Notes: generated from the letters alone by a model not told the origin. Counted from the stretch's first letter, positions 8,971-17,681 are shown. The stretch is 32,014 bases of DNA from an uncultured bacterium (GCA_965364435.1 CBDTXL010000018.1:1-32014); one strand, 5' to 3'. A program made the numbers and translations.

Positions 8971-10119
8971 ATGATGGCAAAACCCGTGATTTTGCATTTT
9001 GGGTGGGGCTGTGATAGTGCCAGCATCCTGATTGAGTGGCTGACTAACCCAACTAGACGCGACTTTGAACTAGAAAATCTGGTCGTTCTCGCTGCTCAGA
9101 CCGGAAACGAATCTCAATTGATTAAACAACAAAATGAGCAACACATTTTTCCAGTTCTTCGCAAAAATCACATTAGAACCGTTCAGGTGGCGAAGTCCGG
9201 AAATTTCCTTGCCGATGGATATGACATCTTAGATGACAGCCGCAGCCCAACAACATGCTTCACTGAGGGTTCGTTCACCCTGGCGCAGGAACTCCTCATC
9301 GCCGGAACCGTTCCCAGTTACGCGAACAAGCGGCGACGTTGCTCAAGCAAGTTTAAAGGTACGGTACTCGATGCTTGGGTTAGGGATGAATTTGGAACAA
9401 CGCCAATTCGCTCCGTGTATGGCTATAACGCCGACGAACAGTATCGAGTGGATAGAGCGATCGCCTACATTAAGGATAACGAAACCCTATCATACCCGCT
9501 CATTCAATGGAATTGGAACCGTTCCAAAACTGAGTCCTATATGGCAGCCTTTGCTGGCGAACGCTTCTATAGAAGTGCTTGTATCATGTGTCCCTTCAGC
9601 GGAATTAGCGGCACTCGCCAGGAAATTATGACCAAATACCGCCTATATCCAGAAGAGGGCGGGTTGGCAGCGTTCATCGAGTTTGTTTCAATTTGCTTGA
9701 ACCCCAGACAAACCCTTTACACTAAAAGCCGCACAGTCCCTGACTTATTGCAAGAAGACAATAATCACGCCGCCCTAGAGAACTTGAACAAACGCCTAAG
9801 AGCAACGGATTGGAGTTTGTACCAGGTTCGACGAATTTACGGCTCTTTAGTGCCCTTCCGGTCAGTGCAGAAACTGCACACTGGCTCTCGTGAGGACTGT
9901 CAAACCAAGCTGGCAACCCGAGCTTCCCAACGCAACCTTCCCCTGGTCACTGAAACAGGAATCTCCCGTCTGTACCTGGAGAGACGAGGCGATGACGGAC
10001 GAGACTGTGAGGAAATGTACGTGGTTGCTCCGGCAACCGTCCAAAGTAAAGAACGCAAATCGTTTGAGAAAAGATGGACCCAAGCACATCAGTTGACTCT
10101 AGACCTTGGCTTCAAGTGA
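8971..10119 (+). CDS. Hypothetical protein with a degenerate N-terminal PP-loop (PAPS-reductase/QueC-like fold suspected) and a Cys-rich segment
   Basis: ILHFGWGCDSASILIEWL parallels the PP-loop h-x-F-S-G-G-K-D-S-x-x-h-h with SGG replaced by GWG. CIMCPFSG supplies additional Cys residues. Otherwise no recognisable motif. Confidence 0.4.
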   Translation: MMAKPVILHFGWGCDSASILIEWLTNPTRRDFELENLVVLAAQTGNESQLIKQQNEQHIFPVLRKNHIRTVQVAKSGNFLADGYDILDDSRSPTTCFTEGSFTLAQELLIAGTVPSYANKRRRCSSKFKGTVLDAWVRDEFGTTPIRSVYGYNADEQYRVDRAIAYIKDNETLSYPLIQWNWNRSKTESYMAAFAGERFYRSACIMCPFSGISGTRQEIMTKYRLYPEEGGLAAFIEFVSICLNPRQTLYTKSRTVPDLLQEDNNHAALENLNKRLRATDWSLYQVRRIYGSLVPFRSVQKLHTGSREDCQTKLATRASQRNLPLVTETGISRLYLERRGDDGRDCEEMYVVAPATVQSKERKSFEKRWTQAHQLTLDLGFK

Positions 10120-10262
10120 GTACACACTCCCTTAAGAGCAGAAGTTTCTGACGCCTTAAAAGCCACCCGTTGCAAACAACCTTCTTTTTTCAAATTGTCG
10201 TTGGGTAGGCTAGCGCCTGGTGCGTGAGTACGATTCATCCTCACTCGTCCTCGACTCAAAAA

Positions 10263-10637
10263 ATGGCACGAACCTTTCTCTCCAATTTTCCAGAGCTTGT
10301 CAACTCTTTAAATAACCTGACAATTAACGCGACCCCAACCCCAGCAGACTTTGCTGACGAGTTGCACTTACCTGTGATGAGATTTCCTTGTGACGAAGGA
10401 ATCGAGGCAGCGGAAGATGACCTGGTAAGAGAGGGAAAACTTTGGAAACGGCTCAATCTAGCCAAAGGAAGAATCCTCTGGGTTAATTATTCCGAAGCCG
10501 TAGCGGTTGGGCAGTTCCGATTGCTGTGGGATTGGATACAAGAAAACAGCTGCATCCTGTTATTTGAAGTCAATCAACATGAATTTTTTCCTAGCGGTTT
10601 GCACTTCTTCCTCAAGCCGCTCGGCAAAACATTCTGA
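10263..10637 (+). CDS. Hypothetical protein (ORF track starts at 10224; a Met at 10263 is also possible)
   Basis: Open frame on the operon strand. No recognisable motif. Confidence 0.3.
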   Translation: MARTFLSNFPELVNSLNNLTINATPTPADFADELHLPVMRFPCDEGIEAAEDDLVREGKLWKRLNLAKGRILWVNYSEAVAVGQFRLLWDWIQENSCILLFEVNQHEFFPSGLHFFLKPLGKTF

Positions 10638-10729
10638 TCAATAACAAAGACAAGATTGTCCGTAGCGTCAGTGATAGCGCTGCGGACACTTTTGCGACCA
10701 GAAAACTCCTTACTAACAACCAATAAAAG

Positions 10730-11086
10730 ATGCAAACCATAACTTTTGAGCCTCTTGATTCTGCACAAAATTCAGAGCAAACTCTCAGTATCAACCTGGT
10801 CAACTTAGTCGGCAATGCTGGTGCTGACCCAACCGTAAAGTACTTTGAATCGGGCCGTGTCAAATGCACTCTTACTCTAGCTGTTCGCAGTTTGAAAAAA
10901 GACCAGCCGGTCTGGTTCAATTTAGAGTTGTGGGGTAAGACCGCAGAAGTCGCGGCGAATTATGTTCGCAAAGGCAAGCAAATTGGTGTCACTGGCTCTT
11001 TGAAGATTGAAACCTGGCGGGACCCAGCTCTAGATGTTATTCGCTCCAAACCCGTAATTATCGTATCTAACCTTTACCTACTCTAA
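10730..11086 (+). CDS. ssb: Single-stranded DNA-binding protein (short OB-fold SSB without an acidic tail)
   Basis: INLVNLVGNAGADPTVKYFESGRVKCTLTLAV...W.NLELWGKTAEVAANYVRKGKQIGVTGSL matches the SSB OB-fold consensus (LVGNLG.DPE.RYT..G..V..F.LAV......W..V..WGK.AE....YL.KG..V.V.G.L). Confidence 0.65.
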   Translation: MQTITFEPLDSAQNSEQTLSINLVNLVGNAGADPTVKYFESGRVKCTLTLAVRSLKKDQPVWFNLELWGKTAEVAANYVRKGKQIGVTGSLKIETWRDPALDVIRSKPVIIVSNLYLL

Positions 11087-11092
11087 GCTCAA

Positions 11093-11389
11093 ATGAATAG
11101 CGCAACACTCTCCGGTAAAATTCTTCAAGAACCGGAAATTCGGCACACAATTGACCAGAAAACTCTGCTTCAGATGTATATTGCCATTCCGGCAAGAAAA
11201 GAGGATGAAGAACCTTCTTTGTTAAAAGTAAGCAGTTGGAATCAAACTTGTATTGAGCAGGCTCCAACTCTCAAAAATGGCGCTCAAGTTCTCATCACAG
11301 GACGACTTGGTATCAGAACTATCGACCGTCCAGAAGGGTTTAAAGAAAAGCGGGTCGAACTGGTTGCCGAGACAATTATTCCTCTGTAG
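11093..11389 (+). CDS. Second short SSB-like OB-fold protein in tandem
   Basis: MNSATLSGKILQEPEIRHT...VSSWNQTCIEQAPTLKNGAQVLITGRLGIRTIDRPEG repeats the SSB pattern. The start codon is 6 nt after the first SSB stop. Confidence 0.5.
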   Translation: MNSATLSGKILQEPEIRHTIDQKTLLQMYIAIPARKEDEEPSLLKVSSWNQTCIEQAPTLKNGAQVLITGRLGIRTIDRPEGFKEKRVELVAETIIPL

Positions 11390-11597
11390 CAAAACGGCTG
11401 TATCCTTTCGCCCTCTTGGAAACGAATTTGTTTTCAAGGGGGAAGATTTTTCAGAAATTCTATTTTCTTGGTGGTTGGGTCGGAATTTTCACCTTCTGTT
11501 GCACTCCTGTTACTTGTCCCACTTCAGGTGTATTGGCTTGATTAAGAAGCTGGTTTTTAGGGCGTGTCATCAAGCGCTTGTATTGGGGAAATTTTTT

Positions 11598-11627
11598 CCT
11601 ACACCCTACACCCTACACCCTACACCC
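11598..11627. repeat. Tandem heptamer array (CCTACAC) x4 plus partial; cyanobacterial STRR-like
   Basis: Directly visible: cctacac cctacac cctacac cctacac cc. Confidence 0.85.
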
Positions 11628-11644
11628 AGCCGAATGTTCAAGTA

Positions 11645-11675
11645 GCTTGTCACCCCGTCAGCACGCCCTAGCATC
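11645..11675 (+). repeat. Downstream copy of the ~30-bp imperfect direct repeat; the partner lies at 37..64
   Basis: GCTTGTCACCCCGTCAG matches GCTTGTCACCCCATCAG at 37-53 in 16 of 17 positions. It is followed by the related ACG-CCCT--AGC versus ACGACCCTCTAGC. Confidence 0.5.
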
Positions 11676-11748
11676 CGCGATCGCTCATAATTAAATTAAC
11701 CCTATTGGCGATCTCAACAGGAGCAGCGCTTGCGCTATCGCATTACCG

Positions 11749-12342
11749 ATGGAAACTCTAACGCTGAATGTACCCCCCACTGTAGGTCTAACAGACGAGC
11801 AGTTTTATCAGCTGTGTATAGCCAACAAAGAATGGCGGTTGGAACTCACTGCTGATGGAGAATTGATTATCATGCCCCCCACTGGTGGCGAAAGCGGCAT
11901 CAGCAATGCTGGTCTGACAGCTAAACTTTACAATTGGAACGACCAAACTCAACTGGGAAAAGTCTTTGACTCCTCCACAGAGTTTCGTTTACCTAGTGGT
12001 GCCAAGCGTTCCCCCGATGTCTCCTGGGTGATACTCCAACGATGGGAAGCCTTACCGCGCTCCGACAGGAAGCGCTTCCCTCCCCTCTGCCCAGATTTTG
12101 TAGTCGAACTCCGCTCTGAGACGGATTCCCTGGAACAATTGCGGTCAAAAATGCGGGAATACCTCGCCAACGGCATCCGCCTCGGCTGGCTGATTGACCC
12201 CCAAACGCCCTTAGTTGAAATCTATCGACCTTCAAGGGATGTAGAAACTATCAACTTCTCCTTTGACGACCCGCCCACACTTTCTGGCGAAGACGTGCTG
12301 CCTGGGTTTGTCCTCGATCTGACCCCCATTCTGAATCCTTGA
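11749..12342 (+). CDS. Uma2-family (DUF820) PD-(D/E)xK putative endonuclease
   Basis: The PDFVVELRSET motif (PD-x-x-V-E...S) and the overall architecture are typical of the abundant cyanobacterial Uma2 family. Confidence 0.75.
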   Translation: METLTLNVPPTVGLTDEQFYQLCIANKEWRLELTADGELIIMPPTGGESGISNAGLTAKLYNWNDQTQLGKVFDSSTEFRLPSGAKRSPDVSWVILQRWEALPRSDRKRFPPLCPDFVVELRSETDSLEQLRSKMREYLANGIRLGWLIDPQTPLVEIYRPSRDVETINFSFDDPPTLSGEDVLPGFVLDLTPILNP

Positions 12343-12377
12343 ACCTTCTAGTACTTATAGCTGCACACATCGAATCG

Positions 12378-12473
12378 CTTTTGCAAGAGCGCTTGAATGT
12401 CTGCGTGAAGCGTAGCTATCGCTCTACTCGAATTGCCTAAGACAAAAGTAGACCTCTTGCAAAAGTCATCGCT
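12378..12473. repeat. IS-end-like repeats: a 12-bp perfect inverted repeat (12378-12389 with 12454-12465) inside a 25-bp motif TAGACCTCTTGCAAAAG-TCATCGCT. The motif recurs at 23521..23546.
   Basis: CTTTTGCAAGAG is the reverse complement of CTCTTGCAAAAG. The 17-mer TAGACCTCTTGCAAAAG is identical at 12449 and 23521. Confidence 0.6.
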
Positions 12474-12553
12474 GGGGTACTATGAGGTCTGAAACATTGG
12501 CGGTCGCTTACCCGTTTTTTGCGAGCGCTCGGTCTGATTCATAAGAAAAGCTG

Positions 12554-12694
12554 ATGAAGTACGAACAAGCTCAACATCTCAAGCCAGGAGAATTCAAACG
12601 CTTGTGGGGTGTCAAAGTAGAAACTTTTCAACATCCTCACCGTAGATGCTGGCATTGCAGGGGTGAGGAGCAAGCCGGTGTATTTCTACTCTAG
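12554..12694 (+). pseudogene. Truncated DDE transposase N-terminus (IS4/IS5-superfamily type). Only ~47 codons remain before a stop.
   Basis: The translation MKYEQAQHLKPGEFKRLWGVKVETFQ is a characteristic transposase N-terminus seen in cyanobacterial IS copies. The frame ends at TAG 12692-12694 with no DDE domain downstream. Confidence 0.55.
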
Positions 12695-12824
12695 AATTCA
12701 GAAATGGCAAAAGTTTTCGGAGAGTGACAGAAGAGGGATATCAGTAATAGGGAGTTTTCCACCTGGTATCCGCATTGGTTTAAACGCGATGAAACGTCTG
12801 TAACCTAGACGGCGTGAGTTTGAG

Positions 12825-14132
12825 CTAGCAGAAACTTTTTTCATAGAAAAACTGGCTTTCTCCAAACGCTGGAGTCAGGTCTGTTAACCAAGTCGCTGCT
12901 GGATCGTACCGAGCAAAAAACGGACGCTTACACCAGTTGGGGTCTCGTCCTTGAATGAAGGACAATACAAAGACCTTTTCGCCGTTAATTTCTGTCACGC
13001 CATCGATGAGCACCTTTCCGGGCAACGCAGACATTACGGGACCCCGTACCGTTCGAGCTAAACCAGAGACTTTTTGCAAGGCGGCCTGAAAAATTTCCCA
13101 AACCCGCACCAGTGGAACTTCAAAGCAGTGCTTTGCTCCAGTGTCTCGTTCTACGAACAGGTAGTAAGGAATGCATCCCAAATGAACTTGTTCTTGCCAT
13201 AGACGAATCCATACATCTGGGTTGTCATTGATGCCTCGCATGAGTGGCCCCTGTGTCCGGATTTGTGCTCCGGTTGAACGGATACGTTGAATTGCGACTT
13301 GAGCCACTTCAGGTTCAAGTTCTTTCCAGTGGTCGTAGTGTCCTATAATGGCTAAATGCTTCCCGGCAAGGGATACTTTCTCAAACAGACGTAATAGATC
13401 GTCGGCATCGTGATCGCTCACATATCGGTAGGGCCAGTAAGCCATTGATTTAGTCCCAATGCGAATGGTTTGGATATGCTCATTAGCTGGCTCTAGTAAT
13501 GGTTCAATGTATCGCGCTAAGGCTGAAGCCGCCATCGTCATTGAATCGCCACCTGTGATTAAAACATCCGTTACTTCTTGATGCTGACGGAGATACTCTA
13601 AAAATCTTCCAGATTCCCGCGTAGCAAACTTTTGGCTTTCTGTGCCGACAAACTGAGTCCAACGAAAACAGAACGTGCAATAGGCATGGCAGGTTTGACC
13701 CGCTGTTGGGAACACCAAAACTGTTTCAGGATATTTGTGTTGAATTCCCAGCACTGGCTCACCATCTAGCACAGGGACGTTGTGCTCCATTTGACCTGCC
13801 GGATTGGGATTGAGTTGAGTACGAATCCTAGTGATTACCTCGTGCAGGAGTTCTGGTGAAGACTGGTTTTCGAGATGCCACATGACCTTATCCAAGGCTT
13901 CAGGAGATAGCATTTCCTCCTGAGGAAAGGTCAGGCGAAAGATGGGATCTTTGGGAATATTATTCCAATCGATCAATTCTTCAACTACGTAGTTATTGCT
14001 ACGGAAGGGCAGGACATGGGCAACCGCTTGCATCACAAAGCGATCGCGCGGTGAAAGCTGTTGGAGTTGAGGCAAATGTTCAATATCTTGGATACCGTAA
14101 AAGCGCTTGATTTTCGGTTGGATTGAGGACAT
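12825..14132 (-). CDS. KamA-family radical SAM protein (lysine 2,3-aminomutase-like)
   Basis: CHAYCTFCFR is the CxxxCxxC radical SAM cluster motif in the KamA arrangement. The length and N-terminal region are KamA-like. It starts 3 nt after the STAND gene stop on the same strand. Confidence 0.8.
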   Translation of the reverse strand: MSSIQPKIKRFYGIQDIEHLPQLQQLSPRDRFVMQAVAHVLPFRSNNYVVEELIDWNNIPKDPIFRLTFPQEEMLSPEALDKVMWHLENQSSPELLHEVITRIRTQLNPNPAGQMEHNVPVLDGEPVLGIQHKYPETVLVFPTAGQTCHAYCTFCFRWTQFVGTESQKFATRESGRFLEYLRQHQEVTDVLITGGDSMTMAASALARYIEPLLEPANEHIQTIRIGTKSMAYWPYRYVSDHDADDLLRLFEKVSLAGKHLAIIGHYDHWKELEPEVAQVAIQRIRSTGAQIRTQGPLMRGINDNPDVWIRLWQEQVHLGCIPYYLFVERDTGAKHCFEVPLVRVWEIFQAALQKVSGLARTVRGPVMSALPGKVLIDGVTEINGEKVFVLSFIQGRDPNWCKRPFFARYDPAATWLTDLTPAFGESQFFYEKSFC

Positions 14133-14135
14133 TGT

Positions 14136-17100
14136 TTATGCGATCGCCCCTAGGCGTTTGAGCATTTGCTGCTGTGCGGGGCTAAGACCTGTGGTACCCA
14201 TAATAACCATGCCCTCATAAATTCTGGGAGTACGCAACACTTGCCGACATTTGCCCGCCTCCACATCCCACAGACAAATCGTCCAATCTTGACTGGCACT
14301 GGCGAGGGTTTGCCCATCTGGACTAAACACAATAGACCGAACCCAATTTGTATGCCCGTGCAGTTTTTGAGAGCATCGACCTGTAGCAATTTCCCAAAGA
14401 CTGATGGTGTTGTTTGTCCCACCGCTAGCGAGGAGGCGACCATCGGGGCTAAATGCGATCGCACGAATATATCCGTCGCCCTCGTCAAATTCGCGTTCCA
14501 TTTGCTGCGTGTGAACGTGCCAAAGTCTGAGTACTGAGTCATCTCCACCAACCGCAACCAGTTGAGAGTTGGGGTGGAGTGCGATCGCCCAGACCCGATT
14601 TTTTCCCAAACTCTGCGGCTGTTTGATTACGGAAGCCTCTCCACCGGGAAGATGCCAAATCCGAATTGTTTCATCATCACTGCCACTAATGAGAATTTGT
14701 CCATCTCGGCTATAGACCACCGAGCGTACCGTATTGTCGTGTCCCTTTAGGAGGGGAAGCCATTTTTCCTGCTGAATGTCCCAGCGCTGCACCTGCCTAT
14801 CGTCGCTACCAATCGCTAGCTGGCTGCCGTCAGGACTAAACGCAACCGCACGAACCCAAGCATCCCAGCGTTTTAAGGTCTGGAATTTGCCTGTTTGAAG
14901 ATTCCACAGTCGCACCATGCGATCGTCTCCACCCGTCGCTAACAGCTTGCCATCGGGACTAAAGGCAACCGACCATATCCGTCCTTCATGTTCGCCAAGT
15001 ACTTGACAATCGCCAGTTTGAGCATCCCATAGACGAATAACTTTGTCATCGCTGCCACTGGCTAAAGTCTTCCCGTCTGGACTATAGGCAAGCGACCAAA
15101 TAGTATTGGTGTAGCCTTGCAGCACTCGAATACAGCGAAAGGTTGAGATACTCCAAAGCCGCACTGTTTTATCATCACTGCCACTGGCTAGGATTTGTCC
15201 ATCTGCCTTAAAGCCAACAGACCAGACTCGGCTATCATGTCCTTCCAGGATTTGAATGCATTGCTGTGTACACAAATCCCATAACCTCACGGTTGTATCG
15301 TCGCTGCAACTGGCAAGGTAACTTCCTGTTGAACTAAACGCGATCGCTCGAATCACATCCGTATGCCCCTGCCAAACGGCAAAACACATTCCCTTGTGAA
15401 TATCCCAAAGCTGGATAGTGCTATCATCCCCTCCACTGCCGAGGATTTGTCCATCAGGGCTAAATGCAACCGTCCAAATGCGACCGTGATGCCCTTCGAG
15501 AACTTGTCTGCATTCCCGCTTTTGAATATCCCACAATCTGATGCTACCGTCTGCGCTTCCACTAGCAAGGGTGCGTCCATCAGGGTTGAAGGCAACGGTA
15601 CGCACAAAATCTTGATGACCCTTGAATACATGCAAACTCTTGCCATCTTTCACACGCCAGAGTCGGACGGTACAATCGCTACTCGCACTTGCTAAATAGT
15701 TTCCATCTGGGCTAAACGCGATCGACCAGACCCAATTTGTGTGTCCTTCTAACGGGGCAGCGTCAAGAGGTTCACCTGTATGGACATTCCAGAGTCGAAT
15801 GGTGTGGTCATCGCTGCAACTTGCCAGAATTTGACGCTCAAGGCTGAAGGCAAGACATCGAACCCAGTTTCCGTGTGCCCGCCAAGTGAGCAGCTTTTTC
15901 CCGTTGGTTGCCTGCCATAGGTGGATCGTGCCATCACAATCACCCGCCGCTAACCAACTGCCATCGGGACTACAGGTAACACACAAGATGCTGTCTAAGA
16001 TGTCGGTAAAACTACAGCGCGTGAACGTGGAGTGAGAAAAATCAACGTTGTGCAAAGCAACTCGTTCGAGGTCGGCTTGGCAAATGTTCAGATTAGAGAA
16101 ATTACATCCCTCTAAACTAATTTGTAAATGATGCAGTAAACGCAGAATATTTGCAGCGGCATACCCGGTTGCTAAGGATGATTTTTTTAGCTCAATTGAA
16201 ACAATGCCGAGCAAAACGTTCTTGACTTGTTCCTTGCTGCCCAGCGTTGCCATGAGACGATCGCCGAGCGGTTCCAGAATTCGAGAGATTTGAGCATCTT
16301 TGACAGTCATCTCGACGTCGGATTGGGCTTTCACCAAAACGTGACTCTCAAAAACATCGATTTCTTTCGACAGAATTTCTTGATGAATTTGCTCGATGAA
16401 TCGATAGGTGACATATTCCATAATGACTGGATGCAGTGTGAATTTTGTCACTTCGGAGCGTTCATCGATCGCAATGAGGGAGCGCCGATTCAAAGATTCC
16501 AAATCTTCCATTAACTGGAGTTTTAAATCAGGCGAGACGATATCCATTTGCAAATCCTGGAGTGAGACGGGCTGCCGCTCGATCGCCAGCCAATAGAGGA
16601 TGTCTATCTCGGGTTGCGACAGACGCTCAAACTGTTGCAATAGCAAGTCACGAATATCGCCAACAAAGACGGGAATGTTTTGCTTGAGAAATGCCGCTAT
16701 ACTGCCGCGAAATAACTCTTTAATTGTCGTTGTCACAATCTTCAGCGCCAGTGGATTGCGTTCGTACCGCTCCATCAGCGCTTGCCGTTCAACTTGGGAA
16801 CTAGACACTCCTTTTGCTCGAATAATTTCCTCTGCATCCACTTGTTCAAGTCCAAGCAATTGATAGGAGCGAACGGGTAGTGTTTCCCCTTCCAGTGCTG
16901 CGATCTCTTTCGGTTTTTCTCGGCTGGTGAGAATCAAACAACTCTGATGGGAACCTTCTCCGATTCGCCGGAAAAGCTCGCCGTAGGTTTCATAACCTGT
17001 TCGATAGACTCCTGATCGCCCTTCCTGGAACAGTGATTCCACATTGTCTAGAATCAGCAAACACCGATGCTTGCGAAGTTGTTCTAGTAACTTCGTGATG

Positions 17101-17681
17101 CGAGAAGCGCTCTCACCCAGTACTGCATCCGTTTTCAATGATTTTGGGAAGCTGGAGAGGAAACTCGACAGTAGTTCCTGAAGGGAGGGTGCGTCCTTGA
17201 GCGATCGCCACACGATAAACTTAAATTCCCGCTCAATTGCCGCTTGGGTTGTTAATTTAACTGCCAAGGAGGTTTTGCCAATGCCACCGACACCGAATAC
17301 TGTAATCAATCGGCACTTATCCCCCACAATCCAATCCTGTAACAACGCCAGTTCTGCCGTGCGACCGTAGAACATCGAAACATCCGGTGCGTCGCCTAAG
17401 TCTTGAAACCGTTGAGAAATATTTTCCTGACTGGCTTGATACTGTAGCTCCAGGATGCGCTTGAACTCTGCCAACTTTCCGGGACCACTGCCTGCAATTG
17501 AGAATTTTCTGTAGACTTCGCCGAGTCGCTTGCGAACAGCAACCTCACTAATACCCAAGGTTTTTGCGATCGCCGTTGCAGACTGACCCTCTATAGCAAG
17601 TGCGATCGCCCGTAACTCTGCCTCTGATACACCGTACTTGGGTAACAACTCTGCCAGAAACCGCTCAGGGATAGAAGGCAT
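14136..17681 (-). CDS. STAND NTPase with N-terminal LuxR/sigma-70-region-4-like HTH, NB-ARC, a pentapeptide-like linker and 14 WD40 repeats
   Basis: The HTH is SATAIAKTLGISEVAVRKRLGEVYRKF. The P-loop is VFGVGGIGKTSLAV and Walker B is CLLILDNVE. RNBS-B-like CLILTSR and GLPLAL-like NPLALKIV are present. There are fourteen h-R-L-W-D/N-h WD repeat ends, enough for two 7-blade propellers. Confidence 0.9.
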   Translation of the reverse strand: MPSIPERFLAELLPKYGVSEAELRAIALAIEGQSATAIAKTLGISEVAVRKRLGEVYRKFSIAGSGPGKLAEFKRILELQYQASQENISQRFQDLGDAPDVSMFYGRTAELALLQDWIVGDKCRLITVFGVGGIGKTSLAVKLTTQAAIEREFKFIVWRSLKDAPSLQELLSSFLSSFPKSLKTDAVLGESASRITKLLEQLRKHRCLLILDNVESLFQEGRSGVYRTGYETYGELFRRIGEGSHQSCLILTSREKPKEIAALEGETLPVRSYQLLGLEQVDAEEIIRAKGVSSSQVERQALMERYERNPLALKIVTTTIKELFRGSIAAFLKQNIPVFVGDIRDLLLQQFERLSQPEIDILYWLAIERQPVSLQDLQMDIVSPDLKLQLMEDLESLNRRSLIAIDERSEVTKFTLHPVIMEYVTYRFIEQIHQEILSKEIDVFESHVLVKAQSDVEMTVKDAQISRILEPLGDRLMATLGSKEQVKNVLLGIVSIELKKSSLATGYAAANILRLLHHLQISLEGCNFSNLNICQADLERVALHNVDFSHSTFTRCSFTDILDSILCVTCSPDGSWLAAGDCDGTIHLWQATNGKKLLTWRAHGNWVRCLAFSLERQILASCSDDHTIRLWNVHTGEPLDAAPLEGHTNWVWSIAFSPDGNYLASASSDCTVRLWRVKDGKSLHVFKGHQDFVRTVAFNPDGRTLASGSADGSIRLWDIQKRECRQVLEGHHGRIWTVAFSPDGQILGSGGDDSTIQLWDIHKGMCFAVWQGHTDVIRAIAFSSTGSYLASCSDDTTVRLWDLCTQQCIQILEGHDSRVWSVGFKADGQILASGSDDKTVRLWSISTFRCIRVLQGYTNTIWSLAYSPDGKTLASGSDDKVIRLWDAQTGDCQVLGEHEGRIWSVAFSPDGKLLATGGDDRMVRLWNLQTGKFQTLKRWDAWVRAVAFSPDGSQLAIGSDDRQVQRWDIQQEKWLPLLKGHDNTVRSVVYSRDGQILISGSDDETIRIWHLPGGEASVIKQPQSLGKNRVWAIALHPNSQLVAVGGDDSVLRLWHVHTQQMEREFDEGDGYIRAIAFSPDGRLLASGGTNNTISLWEIATGRCSQKLHGHTNWVRSIVFSPDGQTLASASQDWTICLWDVEAGKCRQVLRTPRIYEGMVIMGTTGLSPAQQQMLKRLGAIA

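Noticed and set aside
9233-9631. 132-aa alternate-frame ORF inside 8971..10119
   Set aside because: It overlaps the larger same-strand ORF in another frame. There is no independent signal.
11598-11627. Possible CRISPR array
   Set aside because: The 7-bp unit has no spacers, so it is an STRR-type microsatellite and not CRISPR. No other repeat-spacer structure was seen in the window.
11253-11645. 130-aa ORF overlapping the second SSB and running into the heptamer array
   Set aside because: It overlaps the SSB OB-fold frame. Its C-terminus is encoded by the CCTACAC repeat (PYTLHPT), so it is a repeat artefact.
14166-16863. Several plus-strand ORFs (62-123 aa) inside the STAND gene
   Set aside because: Antisense to a 1181-aa CDS with coherent NB-ARC/WD40 repeats. 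Repetitive WD-repeat DNA creates long shadow frames.
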